Source of the DNA: an uncultured Planctomycetota bacterium
Lineage (GTDB): Bacteria > Planctomycetota > PLA2 > JAEUHO01
Assembly (NCBI GenBank): GCA_963752285.1
Contig: CAVVXN010000005.1
Span: 416,001-480,000 of the forward strand
Reading direction: 5' to 3'
Length of the DNA stretch: 64,000 nt
A program made the position numbers and the translations under genes. Below are positions 17,922-27,457 of this stretch, piece after piece. The number at the start of each line of letters is the position of its first letter. Position 1 is the stretch's first letter. The notes beneath the pieces are model-generated. The model saw only the letters and a program-made list of their open reading frames with translations. It did not search any database and had not been told where the DNA came from.

Positions 17922-18086
17922 CTATCCCTGGCGCTGGAGGTCGCGCAGACGCCACGACCCGAGGGGGAGCTGGGGCGATGCCGACGGCACCGCGCAACGA
18001 CCGCGCCCTCACCCTCCGGACGAGCACGCGGGCAGCGCGAACGTGCCGGCGAGGAGCGCTGCGACGAGGATCAGCCTTCGGACCAT
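17922..18086 (-). CDS. Small lipoprotein, candidate selenoprotein (in-frame TGA at 18011-18009)
   Basis: GGGAGG RBS then MVRRLILVAALLAGTFALPA-CSSGG(TGA)GRGRCAVPSASPQLPLGSWRLRDLQRQG(TAG); hairpin downstream of the TGA. Not in the ORF track. Confidence 0.45.
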
Positions 18087-18178
18087 GGGTTCCTCCCGAT
18101 GCGTCGGGGGAGTGTAATCGGCGACGACGCGCGAACAAGGCGCCGGGTCGCGGGGCAAAAGGCCCATCCGGACCGCGG

Positions 18179-21142
18179 TCACTCTCCCCGGGTGAGCTCG
18201 ACGACGACCTCGGCTTGGCCCCCGGGATCCACGCGGACGCTGGGTGCGTCGCCGGAGACCACGTACCCGGCGAGGTCCGTCCGGAGCGTGTAGACGCCCG
18301 GCGCGAGGTCGGTCAGCGCGGTCCGCCCCTCCCCGTCGGTCCGCCCCACGCCCGGGTCCGTGAGGCTCACGAGCGAGAGCGTGTGCGTGACGAGCTGTCC
18401 GCGGTCATCGAGCAGCGAGACCCGCGCGCCCGCCAGGGGGTGCTGGCTCGCGTCCAGGACCCGCACGGCGATCGCGCCGCCGCGGCGCAGGCGCGTGTCG
18501 GCCGTCCCTCCGCCCTCGTCCACGTCCACGGCGACGGAGGCGGGCGCGTAGCCGCGGGCCTCGACCTTCACCACGTACCGCCCGGGCGAGAGGCCGGAGA
18601 GGCGCCATCGCCCGTCGCTGCCCGAGGTGATGAGCGAGAACACCTGGATGGGCCGCCCCGACGCGTCCACGAGAGCGATGGTCGCGTCCTCGACCGGCGC
18701 GCCCGCGTCGTCCACGACGCGCCCCTGGAGGGCGACGCCGAGGGGCACGTGGAGCGTGCCGAGATCCAACGCCTGCCCGTCGGCGAGGGCGAACGGGTCG
18801 GTGACGAGGTTTCCGTAGCCGCTCCCGCTCGCGCGGACCCGGTACGTGCCCTCGGCGAGCCCCCGGGCGCGAAAGCCCCCGTCCTGGTCCGACACGACGG
18901 TGGCGCGTACCTGGCCGGGTCGGGCGCCCGGGCCGGCCAGCTCGATCTGGACCCACGCGCCGGACACCGGCGCGTCGTGGTCGCCGGCGATCCTCCCCTT
19001 CACCTCGCCGGCCGCGAACAGGAGGTCCACCTGGGCCGGCGTGCCGTCGTCGGCGACCGCGACGTCGCCCTTCACGGTGCTCGTGCCCTGCGCGGTGGTC
19101 GCGACGACGGTGACCGGGCCGGGCTGGACGCCGGTCGCGCGGAAGGCGCCCTGCTCGTCGGCCTCCACGTGGGTGGCCTGGCTCCATCCGCGCCCGTCGA
19201 TCACCGTGATCGCCGCGTGGGGGACGGGCTGGTCGCCCGACCGCACCGTTCCCTGGACGACGCCCTGACCGCCGGGCGCGGCCTGGTCGAGGTCCACGAC
19301 GACCTCGCCGGACGCCGGGACCGGCACGTCGCGACGGAGGATGCCGGGGGACCCGGCCTCCAGCGGTCCGGTGCTCACGGTGTAGGTGCCTGCCGCGACC
19401 CCGGGGAACGCGTATGCGCCGTCCGCGTCCGTGCGCGTCGTTCGCGCTTCGAAGAAGTCGAAGCCCGAGAAGAGGTTCACCTGCTCGTCGGGGAGCGGCG
19501 CGTGGTCCTGGCGAACGACCCCGCGCACGACGGCGCCCTTCTCGAGGCGCACCGTGATCTCCTTCCCCTGGCCCTCCAGGGCGGGGGTGACCTCGAGGAC
19601 GGCCGGGGCGTAGCCCTCTCGCTCCACGTGGATGCCCACCGACTCGTTCGGGAGGCCGCGCAAGACGAAGCTCCCCTCGGCGTCGGAGCGCGTGTACTCC
19701 TCGCGGGTCGCGCCGGGAGGGAACCCGCCGTGGCGGACGTAGACCTCGGCGCCCGAGACGTGGTTCCCCTCGGAGTCCGTGACGACCCCCGACACGCTTG
19801 CGCTCTTCGGGAGCACGATCGCGACGGACACCGTCTGACCGAGCGCTACCGTCGCCGTCTGGTCGGCCGCGACGTCGCCGGCCTCGCCCTGGACGGTGAG
19901 GTGGTACGTGCCCGGGGGCAGGTGGAGCACCTTGTGGCCCTCGGGGTCGTCCACGGCGAACTGGACCGAGTACGTGTAGCCGAACGGCTGGCTTCGCCAG
20001 GGGCGGAGCCCGTACCGGGGAACGGGCTTCCCGTCGGCGCGGGTCACGCGGACGTCGAGGTCGCCCGTACCGCCGAGCTGGAGCCGCACGCCCGCGCTCG
20101 GGGCGCGTACCGGGTTCGCGACGACCTGCCCCTTCTCGTCGTGGCCCGCGAAGAGCATGTAGCTCCCTTCCCGGAGGCCGTCGAGCACGAACGTCCCGTC
20201 CGCGCCCGTGCGCGCGGTGGGGGCGTTGGCGTAGGACGGCTGGTGGAGGCCCGAGACGAAGCCCCCTTCCACCGGGTCGCCGGTCGCGCTGACGAGCGTG
20301 CCGGAGATCGAGACGCCCGGCGCGAGGCGAAAGAGGACGTGCTTCGTGTCGTCTTCGCCGAGCACGATTCGCGGCTGCGCGTCCACGCGGAACCCGGGCG
20401 CGATCACCGCCACGTCGTACGTCTCGGGCGGGAGGCGCTCGAAGCGCGCCTCGCCGCGCTCGTCCGTCGTCGCGCGCCGGTCGATGCTGTCCCGTTCGCC
20501 CGAGAGCTCGGGACCCATCGCGAGGTCCAGGGCCCAGAGCATCGTGGTCGCAAGGACCTTCGCGCCGACGACGGGCCGGCCGACGCCGTCCTCGACCTTC
20601 ACGGCGAGGAGGTTCCGGAGCTCCTTCGCGCGCTCCAGGTCGATCGCCGGCACCTCGACCGTGGCGCCCTCGGCGACGGCGGGACTCGTCTCCGTCCGTC
20701 CGCGCCAGCCCTCGGCCTCCGCGCGGACGTCGAAGGTCCCCGCGGGGACGCCCGCGATCTCCCAGGTCCCGTTCGGACGCGTGCGGACCGCGGCGACGGT
20801 CGAGCGCGGCTCGAGGGCGAGCCGGACGAGCGCGCCGGGGAGCGGCGCGTCCGCCCCCGTGACCGTGCCCGTGAGGGTCGCCGAGCCGAGTGCGAGCTCG
20901 AGACGGCCGATCGGCGCGAAGCCGTAGGGGACCGCGTCGGGGGCCGCCGCCGCGTCCGGCGTCCCCGTCAGCCGAGCCGCCGTCTCGTGGACGAGGACCC
21001 CCGGGTCGCCGGCGGCCGCCGCCGCGGGCCCCACGTCGTCGCCCGAACCCCAGCCGAAGGGCCGCGCGAGGAGGAGCACCAGGGCCACCGCCACGACCGC
21101 CGCGCCCACGCCCACCAGGCCGAGAACTCTTCGCCGTTCCAT
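18179..21142 (-). CDS. Membrane-anchored protein with tandem carboxypeptidase-regulatory-like (transthyretin-like beta-sandwich) repeats
   Basis: ATG 21142 with GGAGGTG RBS, N-terminal TM helix and about nine repeats of G.V.D..G.PV.GA.V...TD.DG.F.L.GL..G.Y.V. Confidence 0.85.
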   Translation of the reverse strand: MERRRVLGLVGVGAAVVAVALVLLLARPFGWGSGDDVGPAAAAAGDPGVLVHETAARLTGTPDAAAAPDAVPYGFAPIGRLELALGSATLTGTVTGADAPLPGALVRLALEPRSTVAAVRTRPNGTWEIAGVPAGTFDVRAEAEGWRGRTETSPAVAEGATVEVPAIDLERAKELRNLLAVKVEDGVGRPVVGAKVLATTMLWALDLAMGPELSGERDSIDRRATTDERGEARFERLPPETYDVAVIAPGFRVDAQPRIVLGEDDTKHVLFRLAPGVSISGTLVSATGDPVEGGFVSGLHQPSYANAPTARTGADGTFVLDGLREGSYMLFAGHDEKGQVVANPVRAPSAGVRLQLGGTGDLDVRVTRADGKPVPRYGLRPWRSQPFGYTYSVQFAVDDPEGHKVLHLPPGTYHLTVQGEAGDVAADQTATVALGQTVSVAIVLPKSASVSGVVTDSEGNHVSGAEVYVRHGGFPPGATREEYTRSDAEGSFVLRGLPNESVGIHVEREGYAPAVLEVTPALEGQGKEITVRLEKGAVVRGVVRQDHAPLPDEQVNLFSGFDFFEARTTRTDADGAYAFPGVAAGTYTVSTGPLEAGSPGILRRDVPVPASGEVVVDLDQAAPGGQGVVQGTVRSGDQPVPHAAITVIDGRGWSQATHVEADEQGAFRATGVQPGPVTVVATTAQGTSTVKGDVAVADDGTPAQVDLLFAAGEVKGRIAGDHDAPVSGAWVQIELAGPGARPGQVRATVVSDQDGGFRARGLAEGTYRVRASGSGYGNLVTDPFALADGQALDLGTLHVPLGVALQGRVVDDAGAPVEDATIALVDASGRPIQVFSLITSGSDGRWRLSGLSPGRYVVKVEARGYAPASVAVDVDEGGGTADTRLRRGGAIAVRVLDASQHPLAGARVSLLDDRGQLVTHTLSLVSLTDPGVGRTDGEGRTALTDLAPGVYTLRTDLAGYVVSGDAPSVRVDPGGQAEVVVELTRGE

Positions 21143-21257
21143 CTGGCACCTCCCACGCGAGGACCCCCGAGCGTAGCCTGCTCGGCCGGCGGCGGGGCCG
21201 CGGAGGGGTAGCCCGACCCCCCGTCGCCCCGAGAATCGAACGCGGGGGGCGCGTCGC

Positions 21258-24200
21258 ATGTCGGAGCCCGAACGGGTCTCACTGGTCCTCTCGGAATGGC
21301 TGGCGCATCGGGACGAGATCACGCCCGAGGAGATGCTGGCCCGCCATCCGGCGATCGCGGAGGAGCTCCGGCGAAACTTCGTCTCCCTCGGCGTGCTCGA
21401 CGCCGCGCCGGCCGCGTCGCCCGCCGTGCCGCCCGGCGCCGGCGCGCCGGCGGGCGACGCGTCCGGCGAGGCTCCGGACGCGCACGCGACCGCCGCGCTG
21501 CCGCGCGGCGTGCTCCCGGGGCGCGGACCGCCGTCGGCGCGGAGGCCCGCGACGGAGGGCGCAGGGCCGACCGCGCCGTCCGGACCCGAGTCGCCGAGGC
21601 CCGATTCGCCCGAGCCCGAGCCGTCGAAACCGGCGCCGCCCGAGCCCGCGCCCCCCGCCCCGGAGCCGTCGAGGCCCACGCCGCCCCGGCTCGCTCGTCC
21701 GAAACCCAGGCCGCCGAAGCCCGAGCCGCCGAAGCCGATGCCCCCGGCGCCGCGACCCGTCCCGACGCCGCCGCCGCCGCAGTCGCCGCCGAAGGCGCCG
21801 CCATCGACACCGGCTCCGTCTGCGCCCGCGCCTCCGACCCGAGGGCCCACGTCTTCCCGCAGCGCGGCGCCGGCGCGCGCTCGCCCGTCCCCGCTCGCGC
21901 TGGTGGGGCGACATCCGCTCGTGGCCGTGGCCGTGCTCGTCCTCGCGGCGGCGGGGGCGGGCGCGTTCTGGTGGATGCGCCGTTCGTCCCGCGAAGCGGA
22001 CGCGGCGCGGCGCGCGCGCTACGAAGCCGCGATCGAGGCGGCCGAGCTCCCCCGCGCGAGCGGGCCCGACGCCTGGCCCGAGGCGGGTCTGCGGCCTCTC
22101 GAGACGCTCGCGGAGGCGAAGGTCGTCGATCCCGCCCGCCCCGAGGCCTTCCTGCTCGCGGCGCTGATCCCGGGACGCGACGCCACGGCGCGCCAGGAGG
22201 ACCTCGCGGCCGCCGTGAAGCGCGGCGCGGGACCCGCGACCGCGGCCGTCGTCGAGGCGGAGATCGGCGGACAGGACGCGCCCGGCGCCGTCTCCTCGGC
22301 GATCCCCGACGACGCGGCGGCCGCGGCCTGGGTCGAGGGCGTGGCCCTCGCCGGGCGTGGCGAGCTCGCCGACGCGACGGCGCGGCTCGACGCCGCCGTC
22401 GAGGCGGCGAAGGGCGCGGGGGTGGCGACGTTCGCTCGGCGCCTGCGGGCGTCGATCCGGCTGGGCTCGGGCGACCTCGACGGCGCCGCGGACGACCTCG
22501 CGTCGTTGACGGCCGCGGGGGCCGGGGCCGACGTCCAGGTCGCGTCCGCGTGGATCGACCACGAGCGCGGGAAGGACGACGCGGAGCGGCGCTTCGACGC
22601 GCTCCTCGCCGGCGCCAAGGCCGAGGGGTCCGCGGACGCGCTCCTGCGCCTCGCCGCGGCGTGCCGGCAGGCCGGAGCGCGCGCGTGGCACGCGAAGACC
22701 ACCGAGGCGGCGCTCGCGGCAGGCCGGCGCACCGCGGCGCTCCTCGTGGCGCGGGCCTCCGACGATCCCGGCGCCGCGGGGGACCTCGCCGACGAGGCGC
22801 TCCGCCTCGAGCCGAAGCTCCACGCCGCCCGGGAGCTCCGCGCGATGGCGAGCGGACGCGCGGGGCGCGTCGCCGACGAGATCGAGGCCCTCGAGGCCGG
22901 CCTCGGCGAGCGGCCCGACTGCCCCGCGTGCCTCGCGCGCCTCGCGTGGGCGCGGACGCGCGTCGGTCCCCTCGCCGAGGCCGAGCCGCCCGCGCGCCGT
23001 GCCCTCGAGCTCGACCCGGGCGCGGTCGATCCGGCCCTCGCGCTCGCCCGTTCGCTCCTCCTCCGCGGCGCGCCCGGCGAGGCGCGCGCGGTGCTCGAGG
23101 CGTGTGCCAAGCGTCGGCCGCACGACGCGCGGGTCGCCGCGGCCCAGGGCGACGCGCTCCGGGGCCTCGGCCGAACGCAGGAGGCGAGCGCGGCGTACGA
23201 GCGCGCGCTCGCGCTCGAGCCCCACCTCGCCGTCGCCGCGGCGGGCCTCGGCCGGCTGGCGGAGCGCGCCGGCGCTTGGGAGGACGCGGAGCGACGCTAC
23301 GCGGAGGCGATCGCCGCGGACCCCACGGACGCCGCGTGTCACGTCGCGCGCTGGCGCGTCCTCGTGCGCCTCGGCCGCACGGACGAGAGGAAGTCGGCGC
23401 TCGACGTGGCCGCGAGCGCGGCCGACCCGCGCGTGCGCGGGCACGCGCTCGAGGCCCTCGGGCGGCTCGACGACGCGAGCGCGGCGTACGCGGACGCCGA
23501 GAAGGCGCTCGGGCCCACGGCCGAGGTGCTCGAGGACCGCGCACGGGTCGCGACCTCGCTCGGGCGCGAGGACGACGCGCTGCCGCTCCTCGAGAGGGCG
23601 GCGCTCCTCGCGCCGGTGCGGGCGAGCGTCGAGGAGGAGATCGGTCGGGCTCACGCCGCGAAGGGCGAGGCCGCCCCCGCGCTCGCCGCGTTCGAGAAGG
23701 CGCTCTCGCTCGATCCCGACCGCGCGGCGGCGCACGCAGGCCGTGCACGGCTTCGCCTCGCGGCGGACGACCCGACCGGTGCGATGGCCGACGCGGAGGC
23801 GGCGGTCCGGCTGGCGCCCGACGACGCCGAGTTCCGGCTCGACCACGCGCGCGCGCTCGTGCAGACGGGAGACACGAAGGGGGCGGAGACGGAGGCGCGG
23901 GAGGCCGTGCGTCTCTCGCCCCGCCTCGTGGCCGGGCTCGTGCTCGTCTCCGACCTCGTGCGTCGGCGCGACGGGCCCCGGGAGGAGGCGCTGGACCTCC
24001 TCGACCGCGCGCTCCGCGCGGCGCCCGACGACTTCGGCGCCAATCGCCGGCGGGGCGAGGTGCTGTTCGAGGCGGGGCGGTTCGCCGACGCCACCCAGTC
24101 GCTCGACCGCGCGATCGCGTCGCAGGACGACGCGGCGGTCCGTGCGCTCCGCGGACGGGCGCTCTTCGAGCTGAAGCGGTTCGACCTGGTCGCGACCGAC

Positions 24201-25235
24201 CTCGAGAAGGCGCTCCTCGCCGAGCCGAAGGACGCCCGCTCGCTGGACCTGTACGCGCGTTCGCTCGTCGCGCTGGGGCGCGACGCGGACGCGCTGCCCA
24301 TCTGGCGGCGGCTGGACGAGGTCCGGCCCGACGACGCGCACGTGCTCGACGGGCTCGGCGGCGCGCTCGTCCGTCTCGGCCGATACGACGACGCGGTGCC
24401 CGTGCTCGAGCGGGCGACGGGCCTCGACGGCGAGGTGCGTGACGCGTGGTACGACCTGGGGCTCGCACGGTCCCGGACGAAGCAGCCGAAGGCGGCGGCC
24501 GAGGCGCTGGAGCACGCGGTCGCGATCGACGCGGACCACCTCCCGTCCTGGCTGGAGATGGCGCGGGCCTACCAGGCGACGGGCGACGACGAGAACGCGC
24601 TGCGCGCGTACGAGCGCGTGCTGGAGCTCGATCCCAAGCACGTCGAGGCCGCGCTCGCCGCGCCGGAGTGTCTGTGGCGCCTCGGGCGATTCGACGACGC
24701 GCTCCGCGCCTACGACCGGGCGAAGGACGTCGATCCGAAGAACCCCGACCCGTTCGCCTCGACGATCGGCGTGCGCATCGAGACCCGACGGCTCGAGGAC
24801 GCGCTCCGTGACGCGGAGGCGGCGACGAAGCGCTTCCCCGAGACGATCACCTTCGCGCGGGACGTCGTCGCGTGCCTCCGGGGCCTCCGGCGCGACGGCG
24901 ACGCGTCGCGCCGGGCGATGGCGTTCCTCGACGCGACGCCGAGGTGGAAGGACTCGGTGGACCTCGCGTATCTGCAGGCCGCGGCGGGCCGCGGCGCCGA
25001 GGCGCGCTCGACGATCGCCCGCCTGGGCGAGGTCTCCGGGATCGACCGGCGCATCGTTCTCGCGATGGTCTACGTGGCCCTCGGAGAGAAGCTCAACGCG
25101 ATCGACGTGCTCGAGAAGCTGGTGGACGACGGCTGGAGGCTCCGCCCGCGCGGCCGGCCCCTCCCGGAGTTCGACCGTCTCGAGGGAAACCGCCGCTTCG
25201 TCCAGGTGATCGCCCGCGCCCAGTCGGGCGGCTGA
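21258..25235 (+). CDS. Large membrane-anchored TPR-repeat protein with a Pro-rich linker
   Basis: Short helical N-terminus, Pro-rich region, one TM helix, then many TPR motifs (A..AYERAL.L.P). Confidence 0.88.
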   Translation: MSEPERVSLVLSEWLAHRDEITPEEMLARHPAIAEELRRNFVSLGVLDAAPAASPAVPPGAGAPAGDASGEAPDAHATAALPRGVLPGRGPPSARRPATEGAGPTAPSGPESPRPDSPEPEPSKPAPPEPAPPAPEPSRPTPPRLARPKPRPPKPEPPKPMPPAPRPVPTPPPPQSPPKAPPSTPAPSAPAPPTRGPTSSRSAAPARARPSPLALVGRHPLVAVAVLVLAAAGAGAFWWMRRSSREADAARRARYEAAIEAAELPRASGPDAWPEAGLRPLETLAEAKVVDPARPEAFLLAALIPGRDATARQEDLAAAVKRGAGPATAAVVEAEIGGQDAPGAVSSAIPDDAAAAAWVEGVALAGRGELADATARLDAAVEAAKGAGVATFARRLRASIRLGSGDLDGAADDLASLTAAGAGADVQVASAWIDHERGKDDAERRFDALLAGAKAEGSADALLRLAAACRQAGARAWHAKTTEAALAAGRRTAALLVARASDDPGAAGDLADEALRLEPKLHAARELRAMASGRAGRVADEIEALEAGLGERPDCPACLARLAWARTRVGPLAEAEPPARRALELDPGAVDPALALARSLLLRGAPGEARAVLEACAKRRPHDARVAAAQGDALRGLGRTQEASAAYERALALEPHLAVAAAGLGRLAERAGAWEDAERRYAEAIAADPTDAACHVARWRVLVRLGRTDERKSALDVAASAADPRVRGHALEALGRLDDASAAYADAEKALGPTAEVLEDRARVATSLGREDDALPLLERAALLAPVRASVEEEIGRAHAAKGEAAPALAAFEKALSLDPDRAAAHAGRARLRLAADDPTGAMADAEAAVRLAPDDAEFRLDHARALVQTGDTKGAETEAREAVRLSPRLVAGLVLVSDLVRRRDGPREEALDLLDRALRAAPDDFGANRRRGEVLFEAGRFADATQSLDRAIASQDDAAVRALRGRALFELKRFDLVATDLEKALLAEPKDARSLDLYARSLVALGRDADALPIWRRLDEVRPDDAHVLDGLGGALVRLGRYDDAVPVLERATGLDGEVRDAWYDLGLARSRTKQPKAAAEALEHAVAIDADHLPSWLEMARAYQATGDDENALRAYERVLELDPKHVEAALAAPECLWRLGRFDDALRAYDRAKDVDPKNPDPFASTIGVRIETRRLEDALRDAEAATKRFPETITFARDVVACLRGLRRDGDASRRAMAFLDATPRWKDSVDLAYLQAAAGRGAEARSTIARLGEVSGIDRRIVLAMVYVALGEKLNAIDVLEKLVDDGWRLRPRGRPLPEFDRLEGNRRFVQVIARAQSGG
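21580..21840 (+). repeat. Degenerate Pro-rich coding repeats (about 5 aa / 15 bp units)
   Basis: PESPR PDSPE PEPSK PAPPE PAPPA PEPSR ... PRPPK PEPPK PMPPA within the TPR gene. Confidence 0.6.
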
Positions 25236-25274
25236 GCCGGCCCCCGCCCGGTCCGTCCTCCCCGGCCGCCCGGC

Positions 25275-25801
25275 ATGGACGCCCTCGTACGGCTCCCGGC
25301 GCTTCGCCCGGGCCCGGGTTCTGGGGAACCGCTCGGACCCTCTTCGACCCGGTGTGGCCCGAGATGTCGTCGCGGATCGGCCGCGCCGCCGAGCGTCGGC
25401 GCCCCGTGGGAAGACGTGACGACGCCGTTCGCGATGTTCGAGAACGGCCGCGCCGTGGCCCCCGTCGGCGTGATCGAGCACCCGATGCTCCTCGCGGGCG
25501 GACCGCGCGCCTGCGCCGGCGCGCCCGCCGTCGGCACGCGCCCGTCCCGCCGGGGTCGCGGTCTCGCGAGCGGCCTGCTCGACGAGGCGATGCGGTGGAT
25601 GGGCGCGCGGTTCCCGATCGGGAGACCCTCCTCGGAAGCGTCGCGGCGCCGTTCGACGCCGTCCGCGGGTGCTTCACGCCCGACCGGCTCGACCCCGACG
25701 CGAGCCCGGAGGAGGTCCCGCCCGCGGAAGGCGTGCTGCAGGTCCGCGGCGCATGGGACCCCGGCGGCCCGGTCGCCATACGCGCCGAGTGGGAGCACTG
25801 A
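25275..25801 (+). pseudogene. Frameshifted GNAT-family N-acetyltransferase remnant
   Basis: Acetyl-CoA motif A (AVGTRPSRRGRGLASGLLDEA) lies in one frame; plausible flanking protein segments (LFDPVWPEMSSRI; FTPDRLD...LQVRG.W) lie in another. Confidence 0.6.
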
Positions 25802-25851
25802 GGCGTACGGATCTGCGGCGATCCCTCCCGCGGTTCCGGCCGATGCCCGCC

Positions 25852-27363
25852 TCAGTAGGCGCGGGCGTAGAGGACCGTGTGCTTCGCGGGCTGGCCCGTC
25901 ACCAGGTCCTTCCGGCCGGCCGGGTCGGCGCCTTCCAGCGGGATCACGCGGATCGTCGCGTTCGTGCGCTCCTTGACCGTCGCCTCCGTCGCGGCCTCGC
26001 CGTCCCAGCCGCCGCGGTAGAAGCCGGGCTCGGTCTCGATCCGCTGGGCGAGGTCGTCGAGGGTCTCGACCTCGTAGGTGCGCGCCTCCTGGTTCGCCCG
26101 CGCGCGGTGGAGGAGGTCCTTCTGCATCCGGTCGAGGAGCTGGGGCAGGGCCTCCGAGAGGGCGCCGACCGCGAGGGGGGTCTTCGAGCGGTCGTCGCGG
26201 CGCACGGCCATCACGCCGTCCTTCTCGACGTCCCTCGGCCCGACCTCGAGGCGGACCGGCACGCCCCTCCGCTCCCACTCGAAGTACTTCGCGCCGGGCT
26301 TCATGTTCTCGCGGTCGTCCACCTTCACGCGGTGGCCGAGCGCGCGGACCGCCCGCTCGACCTTGGCCACGTGCGCCATCACCGCGTCCTTCTCCTCGCC
26401 GCGCCGGTAGATCGGCACGATCACGAAGGGCGTGGGGGCGACCCTCGGCGGCAGCACGAGGCCGGTGTCGTCGGAGTGGGCCATCACGAGCCCGCCGATC
26501 AACCGCGTGGAGACGCCCCACGACGTGGCCCACACGAAGTCGCGCACGCCGGCCTGGTCCTGGAACGTCACGTCGAAGGCCTTCGCGAAGTTCTGGCCCA
26601 GGAAGTGGCTCGTGCCCGCCTGGAGGGCCCAGCCGTTCTGCATGAGCGCCTCGATCGAGAAGGTCTCGACCGCGCCCGGAAACCGCTCGCTCGGCGTCTT
26701 CACGCCCTGCACGACGGGCAGCGCGAGGACCTCCTCGCAGAAGTCGCGGTACACGTCGAGGATCGTGCGCGCCTCGGCCATCGCCTCGTCGCTCGTGGCG
26801 TGCGCCGTGTGGCCCTCCTGCCACAGGAACTCCGCGGTGCGCAGGAACGGGCGCGTCCGCATCTCCCAGCGCACGACGTTCGCCCACTGGTTGTAGAGGA
26901 GCGGCAGGTCGCGCCAGGAGTCGATCCACTTCCCGTACATGTGCCAGATCACCGTCTCCGACGTCGGCCGGATGACGTACTCCTCCTCGAGCCGGCTCGC
27001 GGGATCGGGCTCCACCGTCCGAACGCCGTCCTTCTCCACGGTCCGCAGCCGGTAGTGCGTGACGATCGCGCACTCCTTCGCGAAGCCCTCGACGTGCTCC
27101 GCCTCCTTCGCGAGGAACGACTTCGGGATCAGCAGCGGGAAGTAGACGTTCTCGTGGCCGGTCGCGCGGAAGCGGCGGTCGAGGTCCTCGCGGATCGCCT
27201 CCCAGATGCCGTAGCCGTTCGGGCGGATCACCATGCACCCGCGTACGGGCGCGTAGTCCATGAGCTCGCCCTGCTGGACCACGTCCAGGTACCACTGGCT
27301 GTAGTCCTCGGCCCGGGGCGTGATCCGGGCCGATTCCTTGGAGGCGTCCGCCGACTGCGCCAT
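25852..27363 (-). CDS. proS: Proline--tRNA ligase (archaeal/eukaryotic-type, no INS editing domain)
   Basis: RPTSET, QWANVVRWE, FLRT.EFLWQEGHT, LQAGTSH.LGQNF, TSWG.STR and C-terminal ARAY. Confidence 0.97.
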   Translation of the reverse strand: MAQSADASKESARITPRAEDYSQWYLDVVQQGELMDYAPVRGCMVIRPNGYGIWEAIREDLDRRFRATGHENVYFPLLIPKSFLAKEAEHVEGFAKECAIVTHYRLRTVEKDGVRTVEPDPASRLEEEYVIRPTSETVIWHMYGKWIDSWRDLPLLYNQWANVVRWEMRTRPFLRTAEFLWQEGHTAHATSDEAMAEARTILDVYRDFCEEVLALPVVQGVKTPSERFPGAVETFSIEALMQNGWALQAGTSHFLGQNFAKAFDVTFQDQAGVRDFVWATSWGVSTRLIGGLVMAHSDDTGLVLPPRVAPTPFVIVPIYRRGEEKDAVMAHVAKVERAVRALGHRVKVDDRENMKPGAKYFEWERRGVPVRLEVGPRDVEKDGVMAVRRDDRSKTPLAVGALSEALPQLLDRMQKDLLHRARANQEARTYEVETLDDLAQRIETEPGFYRGGWDGEAATEATVKERTNATIRVIPLEGADPAGRKDLVTGQPAKHTVLYARAY

Positions 27364-27457
27364 CGTGCTGCTCCGGGGTCGAACGGAGGAGCGTACCCAG
27401 GCCCGACCGATTTCCCCCTTCAGCGTGCGACCGTCCTAGGACGATGGGACGGTCGCC

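Noticed and set aside
16905..18180. CRISPR-Cas locus suggested by the Cas4-like nuclease
   Set aside because: No repeat-spacer array or other cas genes seen in the window.
18009..25235. C-terminal Gly-Gly in the short peptide (if TGA is a stop, ...CSSGG) and in the TPR protein (...QSGG) as substrates for the ThiF fusion
   Set aside because: Neither has a beta-grasp fold, both C-termini are predicted extracytoplasmic, they lie 20-27 kb from the ThiF gene, and GG endings are frequent at high GC.
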